From positions 558,001 to 622,000 of the forward strand of contig CBFDEM010000044.1 in the NCBI GenBank assembly GCA_965603825.1: a DNA stretch of 64,000 bases, read 5' to 3'. This stretch comes from Blepharisma stoltei ATCC 30299. Its lineage: Eukaryota; Protista; Ciliophora. Positions 23,601-34,800 of the stretch are shown in pieces. The notes under the pieces are model-generated. The model did not search any database. It worked only from the letters and a program-made list of their open reading frames with translations, and had not been told where the DNA came from. The translations under genes were made by a program, and so were the position numbers. The stretch's first letter is position 1, and each line of letters begins with the position of its first letter.

Positions 23601-25448
23601 TGTTTTTTCCAGACTTTTTTCTTCCTTCAGCTTTGACTCAGCTTCAGCAAGCTTCATTTCTTGCAATTGCTTATTTGTAAGTGTCATACCAACCATTTGA
23701 GCCATAGATGGTTTTCCATCTTGGTCTTGATTTACCATCATATTCAACAAATTTTCTTGGTATTCACTAATTCTATTTATCAGCTCATTATCTTGCTCGA
23801 TTTTTTTCTTAGTTTTATTATTATATTCAGCCACATCCATCACAATGGAATGATCATTTTTCAAATAGTGATAATAAAAATTCATATAAGATGCTACAAT
23901 AACTGGCATGAAAAAGAATAGCATCATTATAGTAGGCTTATAAGTTGCTAAATAAATAGCAATTCCTGATACAAAAATAACCCCACTTGTCAGAGTTATC
24001 ACTATCCAGTATAAGTCGACTTCTTTAAAAAGCATAAAATATTCAACTCTGTCTTGCACTCCTTTCATTTTTCTTATAAAAAGTCTTAAAGATACCAAAA
24101 TCCCAAGGAGAATAAAGGTAAAAGTAATTGAAGTGATTCCAATCAGCCAAAGTGGGTAGTCATAACCTGAAATGGTTAGACTTGTGAATGGGATGTCGGA
24201 TGGGTCAACCAAACTATCAATGACAATAACAATACAATAAGTAATTGTCATAAATAAATATACAAATTCTCCTGATTTCGATATATCTTTTTGCTGAATT
24301 TTAGTTAAATCCTGCTTAATTGCGGTGGATGCTAATGGGAAGCGGACATCGATTAAATTTAAAAATAATATTGCGCTAAATAAAATGTAGGCTAATGAAT
24401 AGCCAAGAAACCATCATTCGCCAGTCCAAATAAAAATGCATAATCTACAGGTCACTGCTATTAATGTGGGTTCAAAAGAACCTTCAGAAAGTCCTGATTT
24501 CATAAATAGATATAGCCCAATATCTGTTGTCCCTATTAAGAAAAAGTTCAAAAATCCTAGGGCTTCGTATTCTGTATAGAACCAAGCTAAAATTCCATAA
24601 ACAGCTAAAACTATGAGGGAAAATAAATATAATAAGGATTGAGCTAGCCTTTTGTGGTTATTAAACCATGTACTGTCAAAAAGTGCATGAATTCCTCCAG
24701 ATAAAGGCGAGTAGCTAAACTGCTCATCAGCTTTATTAACTGTAAAAAATTCATAAATTTCCCCTTTAGAGACCACCACAGAGTCTTTTTTCTGGTTTTC
24801 TAAAATTTCTTTAATTGAACCCTCAGGCACATTCATTGGGTCACCATCAGGCAATTCATTTATAAAAGTGTTTATAGTAACTCCTCCTTTAGATCTCACT
24901 ATATAAATAAGCATAACTATTACAATGCAATTTGAAGCAATGAAAATGCTCGAAAGTCCAAAGAACCATACTTGGTCTTGCAAAAACAGAACTTCAATTT
25001 GGAAGGCCATATAAAGAGCAGCTCCAAGGAGAATTGATAAAATAGAGTACCAGCTGATTTTATAGCCTTGCCATTTAATTCTAAGCGCACCTGATAAGAA
25101 AAACATAGCAGAAAAGCATATAAGAAATACTGAAATCCCAAGAACATAATCGTATTTTCCGCCAAATTGAATTTCGTTGTAAAGAAGAGAGCCAGTCCAG
25201 CATAGTAATGTAATTATAGGCCATGCTAAAATAGTGAGAATTATGAATTTCAGGAATGAGATACTTCGACTGAGGGCTGATGGGTCTTTTAAAAATTCTC
25301 ATAATCTTGATGCAATGTAAATTTCAATAAAGCGGTGATCACCTTTGATTTTTTTCATAAACCCAAAGAAGATTGCTAGTGAAAAAATAAAGAACACACC
25401 CATTTCTGGAGCGATGCTGGGGACGTCTATAAAGCGAGTTGTAACCAT
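20691..25448 (-). CDS. Multipass-membrane calpain (DEK1-like TML-CysPc-C2L), ~1585 aa, 3 TGA=Trp
   Basis: Catalytic Cys QGALGDCYFL, His GHAY, Asn NPHG; LLEKAYAKLYGSY; DDGIF[TGA]M equals conserved DDGxFWM. Domain III NPQY. Long N-terminal region with many TM helices. Single frame 25448 to 20691. Confidence 0.92.
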
Positions 25449-27156
25449 TTTATAACTGCTAAAGGCTTAGATTCTTTACTCTATTTAGCAATTTTTTGTA
25501 TTAGTTTTGCTATTGCATGTCTTTTATTTCGATAATGCTCGTTGATTAATATATAGTCAGTATAAAAGATATTCAGATAATAATTTAATATGAAATTAGT
25601 TTATTTAGCTGCATTCTGAAACTGTTATAATAATTTATTTTTAGTTAAATCATATTTGTTATATTAAAAACTTTAACGATTAAGAATAGGCTCTAAAATT
25701 TCTTTTTCTTATAATTATGCAATAGAAATAAGGTAGTGAATTTGCTCAAAAAAAATTGAATTCATTGGGAATATCAAGGACTTAAATTTATACACACATA
25801 AATAGGGGGTATATTTGAGTAATTCTGAGCTAAATGACTTGAGATTTTGCTATAATATTTTATATTCTAAAAAAGTAGACTTAGGATATATTGATTCTAA
25901 TGATAAAACTTCAAGTTTTGAAAATAAAATTTGTTGAGAGCAAGAAAGTTTATAAAAAAGACACAAAATATATATTAATAATTATTTAATTTGAATCCAA
26001 ATAATTCTGTTATTTATAAAAAGTTTAATTCAAATATACATTTATATTAGATTAGAGTTTTTACCCTAATCAATTGCATATTGAAGATTTAAAATCAAAA
26101 GCAATAGTAAAAATAATTTGTTTACTCAATTTAAAATTTACTTTCGTAAACAAACAGCAATAAATGCTCATTCTGAAGGTAGTAGAGAGAGCATTTTAAT
26201 GCACTTTTATTTGATAAAAAGAGATAAGCTTCTTTTCTTAAGATAAATTAAAACACCGCCACTAGAGTAAACTCGATCGCCCGGCTAGTTTTATGTAAAT
26301 CGAACTAATAGATAATATGAGAAATTAGTAGTTTTGATTAGATTGACTGCTCAAGCTATTATTATTTCATTGCATGCTTAGAAGGGTAACCTTTTTTTAT
26401 GTTTTAGGTTATTAAGTCTTTGAGGATATAATTTCAAAAGTTTTTGCTTTAAAAAATTTTGATTAATTGTTTCCCATAAGCAGAGCAAAATCCAATATTC
26501 TAATTTTATTATAGAGCGTAAATTTCATTTTCCTCATTGCTTCCCAAAAATTGGATTTCATCATCCATTTATGTTTCTTATAATTTAAATTCATACCTAA
26601 GCAATTTCTGATATCCTCTTCGAAATCAATTTTAATATTTTCTCATTCTTCTCCACTTAAATATAAATTTCAAAACCATATTCCTTGATATAATATTATA
26701 GCTATCTTCAAATGTCCAACCTTTTAAATTTCTTGAAATTTTGCTTTCTTATGATTATTTTTTAATCATCCAGAAACTTGAAGCTTTACATTAACTGAAA
26801 TTCATTTTTACATGATAAGTTTGCTTTATAAAGCAATATTTTAAAAATTACCCTTTCCTTAAATTTCCATATTTCCACCAGTAAAGAGTTAAATTTAATA
26901 AAATATAAATAAAAGTTGATGAAATCTAGCAATCTGAAGCATTAAATTGAAAATAAGCTAAGATAATATAATAATAAGATCCTATCTATTTCTGATCCCT
27001 TTTTTTAAATTCATAACTAATTTAAAAACTGGTGCCTTTTTATCAATTAAGCAACCACAATTGCTTCCCTTTTAGACTTAAGGTTATCAAATTTTCTTTT
27101 TAGCCATTTCTTTTAAGAAATTTTGGACAAATATCGATGCCATATATAAATATATA

Positions 27157-27597
27157 ATGAAAAGTGAATGCAACTCGGTACAAAATGAGCCTGAAAAGAT
27201 TCCAAGTGTTTTTTCGGGAATGTTCTCTCTTCTTCACGAAAGAGTAGACACCAACTCAGAATCTCTGTGTTTTAAACTCCCCAATATTTTTGAGGAGCTT
27301 CAAGCACCTCAACCTATACATACTCCACTTCTTCCTAGTGTAATGATGCCGGTCCCACAGAGAGCAACTAAAGAAAACACAGCTTGTCCACACAAAAACA
27401 GAAAGCATTATGCTAAGAATATGTGCAATAACTGCTACCATAGGCTTGGTAGAGTCAAAGCAGCTTGGGCTTGCCCACATACAGATAGAAGGCATTATGC
27501 TAAAGGTAAATGCCAATTTTGCTATATACAGAGCTATCATAGAGATAGAGTTTTAAGGGAGGACAGTGAGCTTAAATTTGAAAGTTTGAACTCATAA
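27157..27597 (+). CDS. Small protein with two tandem CxH-x3-HYAK-x2-C-x2-CY putative zinc-binding repeats
   Basis: CPHKNRKHYAKNMCNNCY and CPHTDRRHYAKGKCQFCY. Confidence 0.8.
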   Translation: MKSECNSVQNEPEKIPSVFSGMFSLLHERVDTNSESLCFKLPNIFEELQAPQPIHTPLLPSVMMPVPQRATKENTACPHKNRKHYAKNMCNNCYHRLGRVKAAWACPHTDRRHYAKGKCQFCYIQSYHRDRVLREDSELKFESLNS

Positions 27598-28516
27598 ATC
27601 TCCCTGAGACCCTGAAGTTAAATAACTAATAGATCCAATTATAATTTAAGATTTTCTTCAGATTTATTATGAAATAATATATTCTAAACTCAAAATCCCA
27701 AAAAAATTAAGGAATAGTTCAGCAAAAAAAAAAAATTAAATGCCATGTCTAAAAATTATATGATAAATATCGATATTAAATGCTGAAACATCAGCCTTTT
27801 GAGTCTTCATGTCAATTCTATAAGAAATTTTAAAAATTATGATTTATTTTTATCATAGTGTAGCGAAGAAAATCTTAAAATTTTTAAACTTTTACATTTC
27901 TAATAGACTTTAAGCACTTTAATTGAGCCGCTGAGAACTCAATGCAACTTATTTTTCTTTATATTTCGTGGCTCTTGAGAGATCTCAATTAGCATTATTT
28001 CATCGTAATGAATTTAAATTTTCAAAGATAAAACTAAGAGAGATTAATAAACCTAAATGCGAAGTAAAATAATTTTTATTTGAAGTTCAGTCAGGAAATT
28101 GTTAAATTTCCTTATATTTTGGTAAAATAAGCAGGACTGAAAACATCTTCTATTTACATTAAAATAACCACAATAATTTGGATAAAATCTATTAAAATTT
28201 GTGTTTAAAACATAAAAGAATTTTAATATTTAAAATTCTTCTAAACATACGAATAAAATAGAATAACCAAAATTTTCTTTTGAGCAATCAAAAATTTATT
28301 GAAAATTCACCTTCTTAATACATTTGCAATTATTTCTAATTTCCTTGTAATTCATTTTAATTAAGAGAATTAATAAAATTTTTCAACATCACCTAAGTAG
28401 CCACACCAAACTTTAAATTACTCATTTTATCTCTCCTTAGCTTTTGTCCTTAATCTATCATATTAACTTCCCCATTCACATAACTTAAAACCCATATTAT
28501 TGGTGAAATAATTATA

Positions 28517-29632
28517 ATGAAAGCATTTCTTTGCTTTGGTTTAATTGGGCTTGTGCTCTCACAGGTCTCAATCCCAATTTTCTCAATCTACGACACTCCT
28601 GATGCTGCATATGCTCACTTCAAGAGACTTCAAGTACGCGAACGATTGGTTAAGAATTCCAATGTTCCTTTAACGAATTATCTGGACGCCCAATATTATG
28701 GGCCAGTTCAAATTGGAACTCCACCTCAGAACTTTTTACTGACCTTTGATACAGGATCCTCTGATATCTGGGTTCCTTCAAGTTCTTGCTATTCAACTAC
28801 TTGCCACCTCCACAATCAATACAACCACAGCAAATCTACCACCTATGTCGCTAGTGGTAAAAAAGTTGCTTTTGACTATGGACAAGGAGAAGTCTCAGGA
28901 TTCCTTTCAATGGACACCCTTACATGGGGCGGCTACACTATTCCAAACGTTACTTTTGGAGAAATCACCTATATGCCTGGCTCTGAATGGGGATCAGATA
29001 AAAATGACGGACTTCTTGGAATGGCTTGGCCTTCACTTGCCTGTGCTGAATGCACACTTGGATTTTCAAAGCTGTTTGCTACTGGTGCTTTGGGGACTAA
29101 TAACACCTTTGCATTTTATTTGACTTCTGGAGACTTGCAGACTGGAAGCGTTTTGACATTAGGAGGGTATGACCCAACCTTATCAAAGAACGACTGGACT
29201 TGGCATAATTTATTATCCCAAACTTATTGGCTGATTAGCCTTGACTACATCACTGTTGGAACAACAAAAATTGCGGTTTCAGGAATGCAAGGAATTTTAG
29301 ACACCGGCACAACTCTACTTGTAGGAGACCAAACCGTTGTAAACCAGATTCTTGCTAAAATCCCTACAGTAAAAGAAAACTGCTCAAATGTTTCTAAGCT
29401 TCCTAATGTGACTGTCACTATTGATGGAACTAATTTCCTTTTGACTCCTCAAAATTATGTTTGGAAAGTCACTTCTGAAGGGCAAACTCAGTGCATTAAT
29501 GGATGGCAAGCTGAAGATTTCTCTGGCACCCCGCTTGCTAACACCATCATTTTGGGAGACCTTTTCATCAGCACTTACTATACTCAGTTCGACATGGGAA
29601 ATAAAAGACTCGGCTTTGCAACTGCAGTTTAA
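28517..29632 (+). CDS. Secreted pepsin/cathepsin D-like aspartic protease (family A1)
   Basis: Signal peptide, NYLDAQYYG, DTGSS and DTGTT catalytic motifs, ILGD.F. Confidence 0.95.
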   Translation: MKAFLCFGLIGLVLSQVSIPIFSIYDTPDAAYAHFKRLQVRERLVKNSNVPLTNYLDAQYYGPVQIGTPPQNFLLTFDTGSSDIWVPSSSCYSTTCHLHNQYNHSKSTTYVASGKKVAFDYGQGEVSGFLSMDTLTWGGYTIPNVTFGEITYMPGSEWGSDKNDGLLGMAWPSLACAECTLGFSKLFATGALGTNNTFAFYLTSGDLQTGSVLTLGGYDPTLSKNDWTWHNLLSQTYWLISLDYITVGTTKIAVSGMQGILDTGTTLLVGDQTVVNQILAKIPTVKENCSNVSKLPNVTVTIDGTNFLLTPQNYVWKVTSEGQTQCINGWQAEDFSGTPLANTIILGDLFISTYYTQFDMGNKRLGFATAV

Positions 29633-29771
29633 GATAAAAGATTTCGCTTAATTGTTCATTTTTATGGATAAATCCTTAAATTTAATCTAATGAGGATAGG
29701 ACAGCATTATTTTGTCTGGAGAAATAGATAGCAGTTTTTCATATTGATTTCCCTGTGGTGAAATAAATAAG

Positions 29772-30902
29772 ATGAAAGCATTTGTCGCCTTCATTGTTAT
29801 TGGAGCTGTTTTATCAGCAATAACGATTCCAGTTTACTCAGTTTATGATACTCCAGAGCTGGCATACTCCCACTTCAAAAAGATTCAGAGCTACAGTAAA
29901 AAATTCCTCCAAATGTCAGATGTTGCCCTTACCAATTTCGAAGATGCTCAATATTATGGATCACTCTTAATAGGAACTCCACCACAGAACTTCACTGTCC
30001 TTTTTGACTCAGGATCTTCAGATCTGTGGGTTCCTTCAGTTTACTGCTATTCTTCAACCTGCCGTCTCCATCATACTTATAATCATCAAAAATCAACCAG
30101 CTATGTATCCAATGGGAAAAAGGTTACTTTTGATTATGGACAAGGAGGAGTCTCAGGATATCTTTCACAGGATACAGTGACTTGGGGTGGATATAAAATT
30201 CCAAACGTTACCTTTGCTGAATTAACCAATATGCCTGGATCTGAATGGGGTTCAGATAAATTTGATGGGCTCTTAGGAATGGCTTGGCAAAGCCTCGCTT
30301 GCAATGGCTGCTCTGTTGTTTTCCAAAAACTTTATGCTACTGGTGCTTTAGGAACAAATAACAGCTTTGCTTTCTATTTAACCAATGTCGACAATAAGGC
30401 TGGCAGCACCTTAACCTTGGGAGGATATGAGTCTAACCTATCTCAAAATGATTGGGTTTGGCATCCTTTGCTGTCACAAACCTATTGGCAAATAAAACTT
30501 TCAGGAGTTTCAGTTAATGGGAAAGCTATAACTGGAACCAACATGAAAGCAATTGTTGACACAGGAACTTCCATTCTTGTAGGAGATGCTCCAATTGTTG
30601 ATCAAATCACTAAGGAAATCCCAGAAATTAAGACAGACTGCTCTAACATTAAATCACTTCCAAATGTCACAATCACTATTGATTCTACCAACTACGTGCT
30701 TACACCTCAAAATTATGTCTGGAAAATCTTCCAAGATGGGATCTATGAATGCACTAGTGGATGGCAAGCTGCCAACTTCCCAAGCGAACTTGCTAATACT
30801 TTGATTTTAGGAGACCTCTTTATTAGCACTTATTATACTCAGTTCGATATGGGAAATAAAAGAGTAGGCTTTGCAACTGCAATTCAAAGCTCAAGCACTT
30901 AA
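29772..30902 (+). CDS. Secreted aspartic protease (family A1), tandem paralog
   Basis: Signal peptide, DSGSS and DTGTS motifs; colinear with 28517-29632. Confidence 0.95.
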   Translation: MKAFVAFIVIGAVLSAITIPVYSVYDTPELAYSHFKKIQSYSKKFLQMSDVALTNFEDAQYYGSLLIGTPPQNFTVLFDSGSSDLWVPSVYCYSSTCRLHHTYNHQKSTSYVSNGKKVTFDYGQGGVSGYLSQDTVTWGGYKIPNVTFAELTNMPGSEWGSDKFDGLLGMAWQSLACNGCSVVFQKLYATGALGTNNSFAFYLTNVDNKAGSTLTLGGYESNLSQNDWVWHPLLSQTYWQIKLSGVSVNGKAITGTNMKAIVDTGTSILVGDAPIVDQITKEIPEIKTDCSNIKSLPNVTITIDSTNYVLTPQNYVWKIFQDGIYECTSGWQAANFPSELANTLILGDLFISTYYTQFDMGNKRVGFATAIQSSST

Positions 30903-31145
30903 TTATTAAGTAATCTTTATTTCTATGAACAATTTTCTAAAGACGAGCTTAAATAATAGTAATTAATTTTCTCTGATTTATGTCGGCTAAATTATTGCTT
31001 AAAGTCTATAAGACTTGATATATAAAAATTAAACCTATTAAGATCTATTTTTATCTTCTGACATTTAAAATAATTATAATGGCACTTTTCTTATTAAGGA
31101 AGTTATAAGATCCTAATTTTTTTATTCTTAAAACAATATTTAACT

Positions 31146-31724
31146 ATGGAAACTCAGATTAAAGTCAATTACCCAGATTTCTTGCTTAATAAGCAAGATA
31201 ATCCTGCCAGAGCTAAGTTGCCAAACCCAAACAAATCAAAACTTAGCTCTCCGAAATATTCAGTTTGAAAGCCTTCCATAACTACGATCCTAAATCATGA
31301 ACTTCTCCCTCCCTGGCTTCAAGATATTGAACTAAAGCCAATTGGATATCGTGGAAACGGAGTAAACATAGCTGATTTTTGGTCTCTAAAGCAGCGGCAC
31401 GACGTCATGAAAACTATTTGTCATTCAACTATCAAAAGTAAAATAGGAAAAGTTTTTCATGAAGCTGATGGCATGGATAGAAAAAAACACCTTGAAGAAA
31501 AGTTTTCTAAAAGAGATATAAATTCTTGGAGGCATAGATCATCATCAATACCGAAAGGAATTAAAACACCTGGACCACCATCTCCACAATCAGTTCCACA
31601 TAGCCCGCTTTTTAAAAACCAAAAAATGACATTTGCTGCTTTAAGTAGCAAAGTTTTGCCTTCACACACGAAGACAGCTGACAGCAGACTTAAACATAAA
31701 TTCAGCTCTTCTACAAGACCATAA
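31146..31724 (+). CDS. Hypothetical basic protein, 192 aa, 1 TGA=Trp
   Basis: ATG 31146 is in frame with ORF 31407-31724 through one TGA. Confidence 0.7.
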
Positions 31725-31894
31725 TATATATGAAAATAATATAAATAATTATATATACCTCAGAAATTGATCAGTTGTAAAATATGAAAATTCTTTATTT
31801 ATTTAAATAATCCTAGCTTAATTTTTATGTGCTTTTTACTATATAAGTGTTTGGTTTAGTTTTCTTTAATTGTCGAAAATTCAATAAATTAAAT

Positions 31895-34800
31895 ATGATT
31901 TTGCTCCTCTTGCTATTTCACTACTCATTTAGCTCAACAATCACGACTTTTACAGTGAGCCCCTCTTCTTATATAGTGCGAGACTCTACGATTTATCAAA
32001 TCTCGTTTAAACCAGGATCAACAATGCCATCTGGGGGGAAAATTTTCCTCACTTTACCATCTCAACTTAGCACAACATCCTCAACTTGCGCTGCTACAAG
32101 TGGATTCAACGGGTCTCCGTCATGCTCAATATCTTCAAACATAATTACTATATCTAATGGCTTCTCCACTGCAGTTACCTCGTCAAAGTTTATTATGTTT
32201 ACAGTCTCAAGTGTCACAAATCCCCAATTTGCAGTTTCTTTATCCAATTTTCAATTAACTACTCAAGATAGCTCAGGAAACACTGTAGATAGCGTAAGTA
32301 CTCTAAGCTCACCAATAACATACAACCCAAAAGTGCTTTCAAGTGTAACAATAACCCCAAAATCTACTGTAAATGGTGCCTCAACGACATGGACCATTGC
32401 AACTACACTTGATTATACCTTGATATCTGGAGGCTTTATATCATTAACATTTCCTAATTGAAATGCCAATTTAAATCCTCCATCAGACCAGGTAAAAAGC
32501 TTTTTAAGCTCAACTGTGACATGTACAGGGATTTTAAACATGGAGACGAATCCTCAATGCTCATTTGCCTCTAATATTTTAACACTGACAGTGTCTCAAG
32601 ATGCAGTTGGGAGTATACAATTTACTATTAATCCAGTTAAAAATCCACCTAACACTAAGCCTGTTAGTGGGTTTTATTTGTCAGTAGGCCAATCTGGAGG
32701 GCTTATTGAAGATTCCACATCTCTTACTATTAGCGTCTCCACATCTACTCCAGGCGATTTAACATCAGCTACAGTTAAATTTTATGATGGAAACAGCAAG
32801 GTGAATTCCCAGTCTATCTACTCTTTTGATTTTCTCAAGACAAATCCTGTTCCATCTGGAAGCAATATTATCGTCACCTTTCCATCTGAAATCAGTATTA
32901 ATGGCTTCATCCAAACAATCTATGGCGTTTTTGGATTCGACAGCATTTACCCGAATTTTTCTTTAAGTGGGCAGATTTTAACAATAACCTCGCCAATTTC
33001 GCAATATCAAACTGAAGACAAAGTAATTAATTTTCAGGTCACATCGTGTAAAAATCCTCCATCAAATAAGCCTACTGCATCAATACAAATTTTAATTCAA
33101 ACATCGGATGGGTATTCGATTGACCAAATTACGACTGGACTGTCAATTACAGCTGTAGCTGGGACTGCGAAGATAAGCTCAGTTGTACCGACGAATACTC
33201 AAATTAATGCTGTTACGACTTATGCGTTTACTTTTAATTCAAATGAAGCTATTTTATCTGGGTGTGGAATTTTAATTACTGCACCGAGTGGAATTTCTAT
33301 AGAAAACAGAGACACGGGATCTTGCACAAGTATTACGTCAGGCCTTAGCAGTTCAGCATTGTGCTCTGTGACGAATAATAAAAATATTTATATCACAAAC
33401 GGTTTTCCTTCGGATTTTGGCACTGGGAATGTTAGTTTTTCTCTGAATAAAATTACCAACCCATCAACTATAAGCACGACTGGGACTTTTACTTTGCAGG
33501 TCTATATAGATTCAAATTTCCAATATTTAATATCGCAAATAAGCCAAATTTCTATCACAGCTACTGCTGGCACATTGAGCTCAGTCAATATTTCTCCTTC
33601 ATCTTCTACAACAGGGGATATAGCCACCTACACATTTACAATAGCAACTTCTAACACAATCCCTACTGGTGGGATTTTACTTGTATATCTCCCTTCTGAT
33701 ATTTCTATTAGTGACACCACAAGCGCTTGCTCATTTATTTCAGGATTTGAATCTACTGCAAAATGTACCTTGACATCCACCTCTATAACCATTACCAATT
33801 GCTTTGCAATAAGCAGCTTTTCGCCTGGGACATTGAAATTTTCATTAGGAAGCATCCAAAACCCAGTCTCCACAAAGCCAACAGCAAGCTTTAACATCAG
33901 AACCCAGACTTCTAATAACCTTGATATAGATTACTTAGACTCAGGAGTAACTTTAACTATGTCTACAGCTCATCAATTAAGCTCGGCTTCAGTATCATCT
34001 AGCTCTTTAGTTGTAGGAGGCGTTTCAGACTATACATTTAACATAACCCCTTACAACCCATTTCCAAATAATGGAATTGTGGTCATAACTCCTCCTAGTG
34101 ATATCACAATTACCCAAGTTTCTTGTGCAGTTGCTGGAAGTTTAACTTCAAGCGTCAGCTGCAGCTCATTAGGGACTGCCGTAAAACTAACCCTCACTTT
34201 TTCTGCTAGCCAAGTCACCTCAGAGTTTTCTTTTGTATTAAAATCAATTACAAACCCGCTGTCTACAAAAATGACCTCATCGTTTCAGATCTCTACGAGA
34301 CAAAACACATATTTTATAGACCAATTAACTACTGGGCTTACAGTCCAAATGACGAGTACAGGTGCAATTTCTCAGCTTAGTTTATCATTAGGAAATAGTG
34401 GAATAAATCAGCAAACCCCATATACATTTACCTTTACAACCTCAAATACAGTTAAAGCTGGGGGGTACTTAGCGATTCAGCTGCCTTCTCAGATTTCAAG
34501 TGTTGCTTCTCCAGTCTGCAGCTTAAGCAGTGGGAGCTCAGTTTCTTGCTCATACTTGTCAGGAATTGTTACTGTAAATATGTTTACAACAGATACAGCT
34601 CCGGGTCAGTTTGTTTTAACTGTAAATTCACTTATAAACTCAGCAAGCGCTTTGACTACTGACAAATTCAAATTGACAACTAAAACTTCTGATGGATTTT
34701 TAATCGACAGTGATACATCCTTGACAGCTACAATAACCTGCACAAGCCCATGCGCGACCTGCCAAAACACCCCAAGTACTTGTCTTTCGTGCATCTCTAC

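Noticed and set aside
32492-32508. Possible intron GTAAAAAGCTTTTTAAG in the surface protein
   Set aside because: 17 nt, lacks the -6 A, and removing it would break an otherwise continuous frame.
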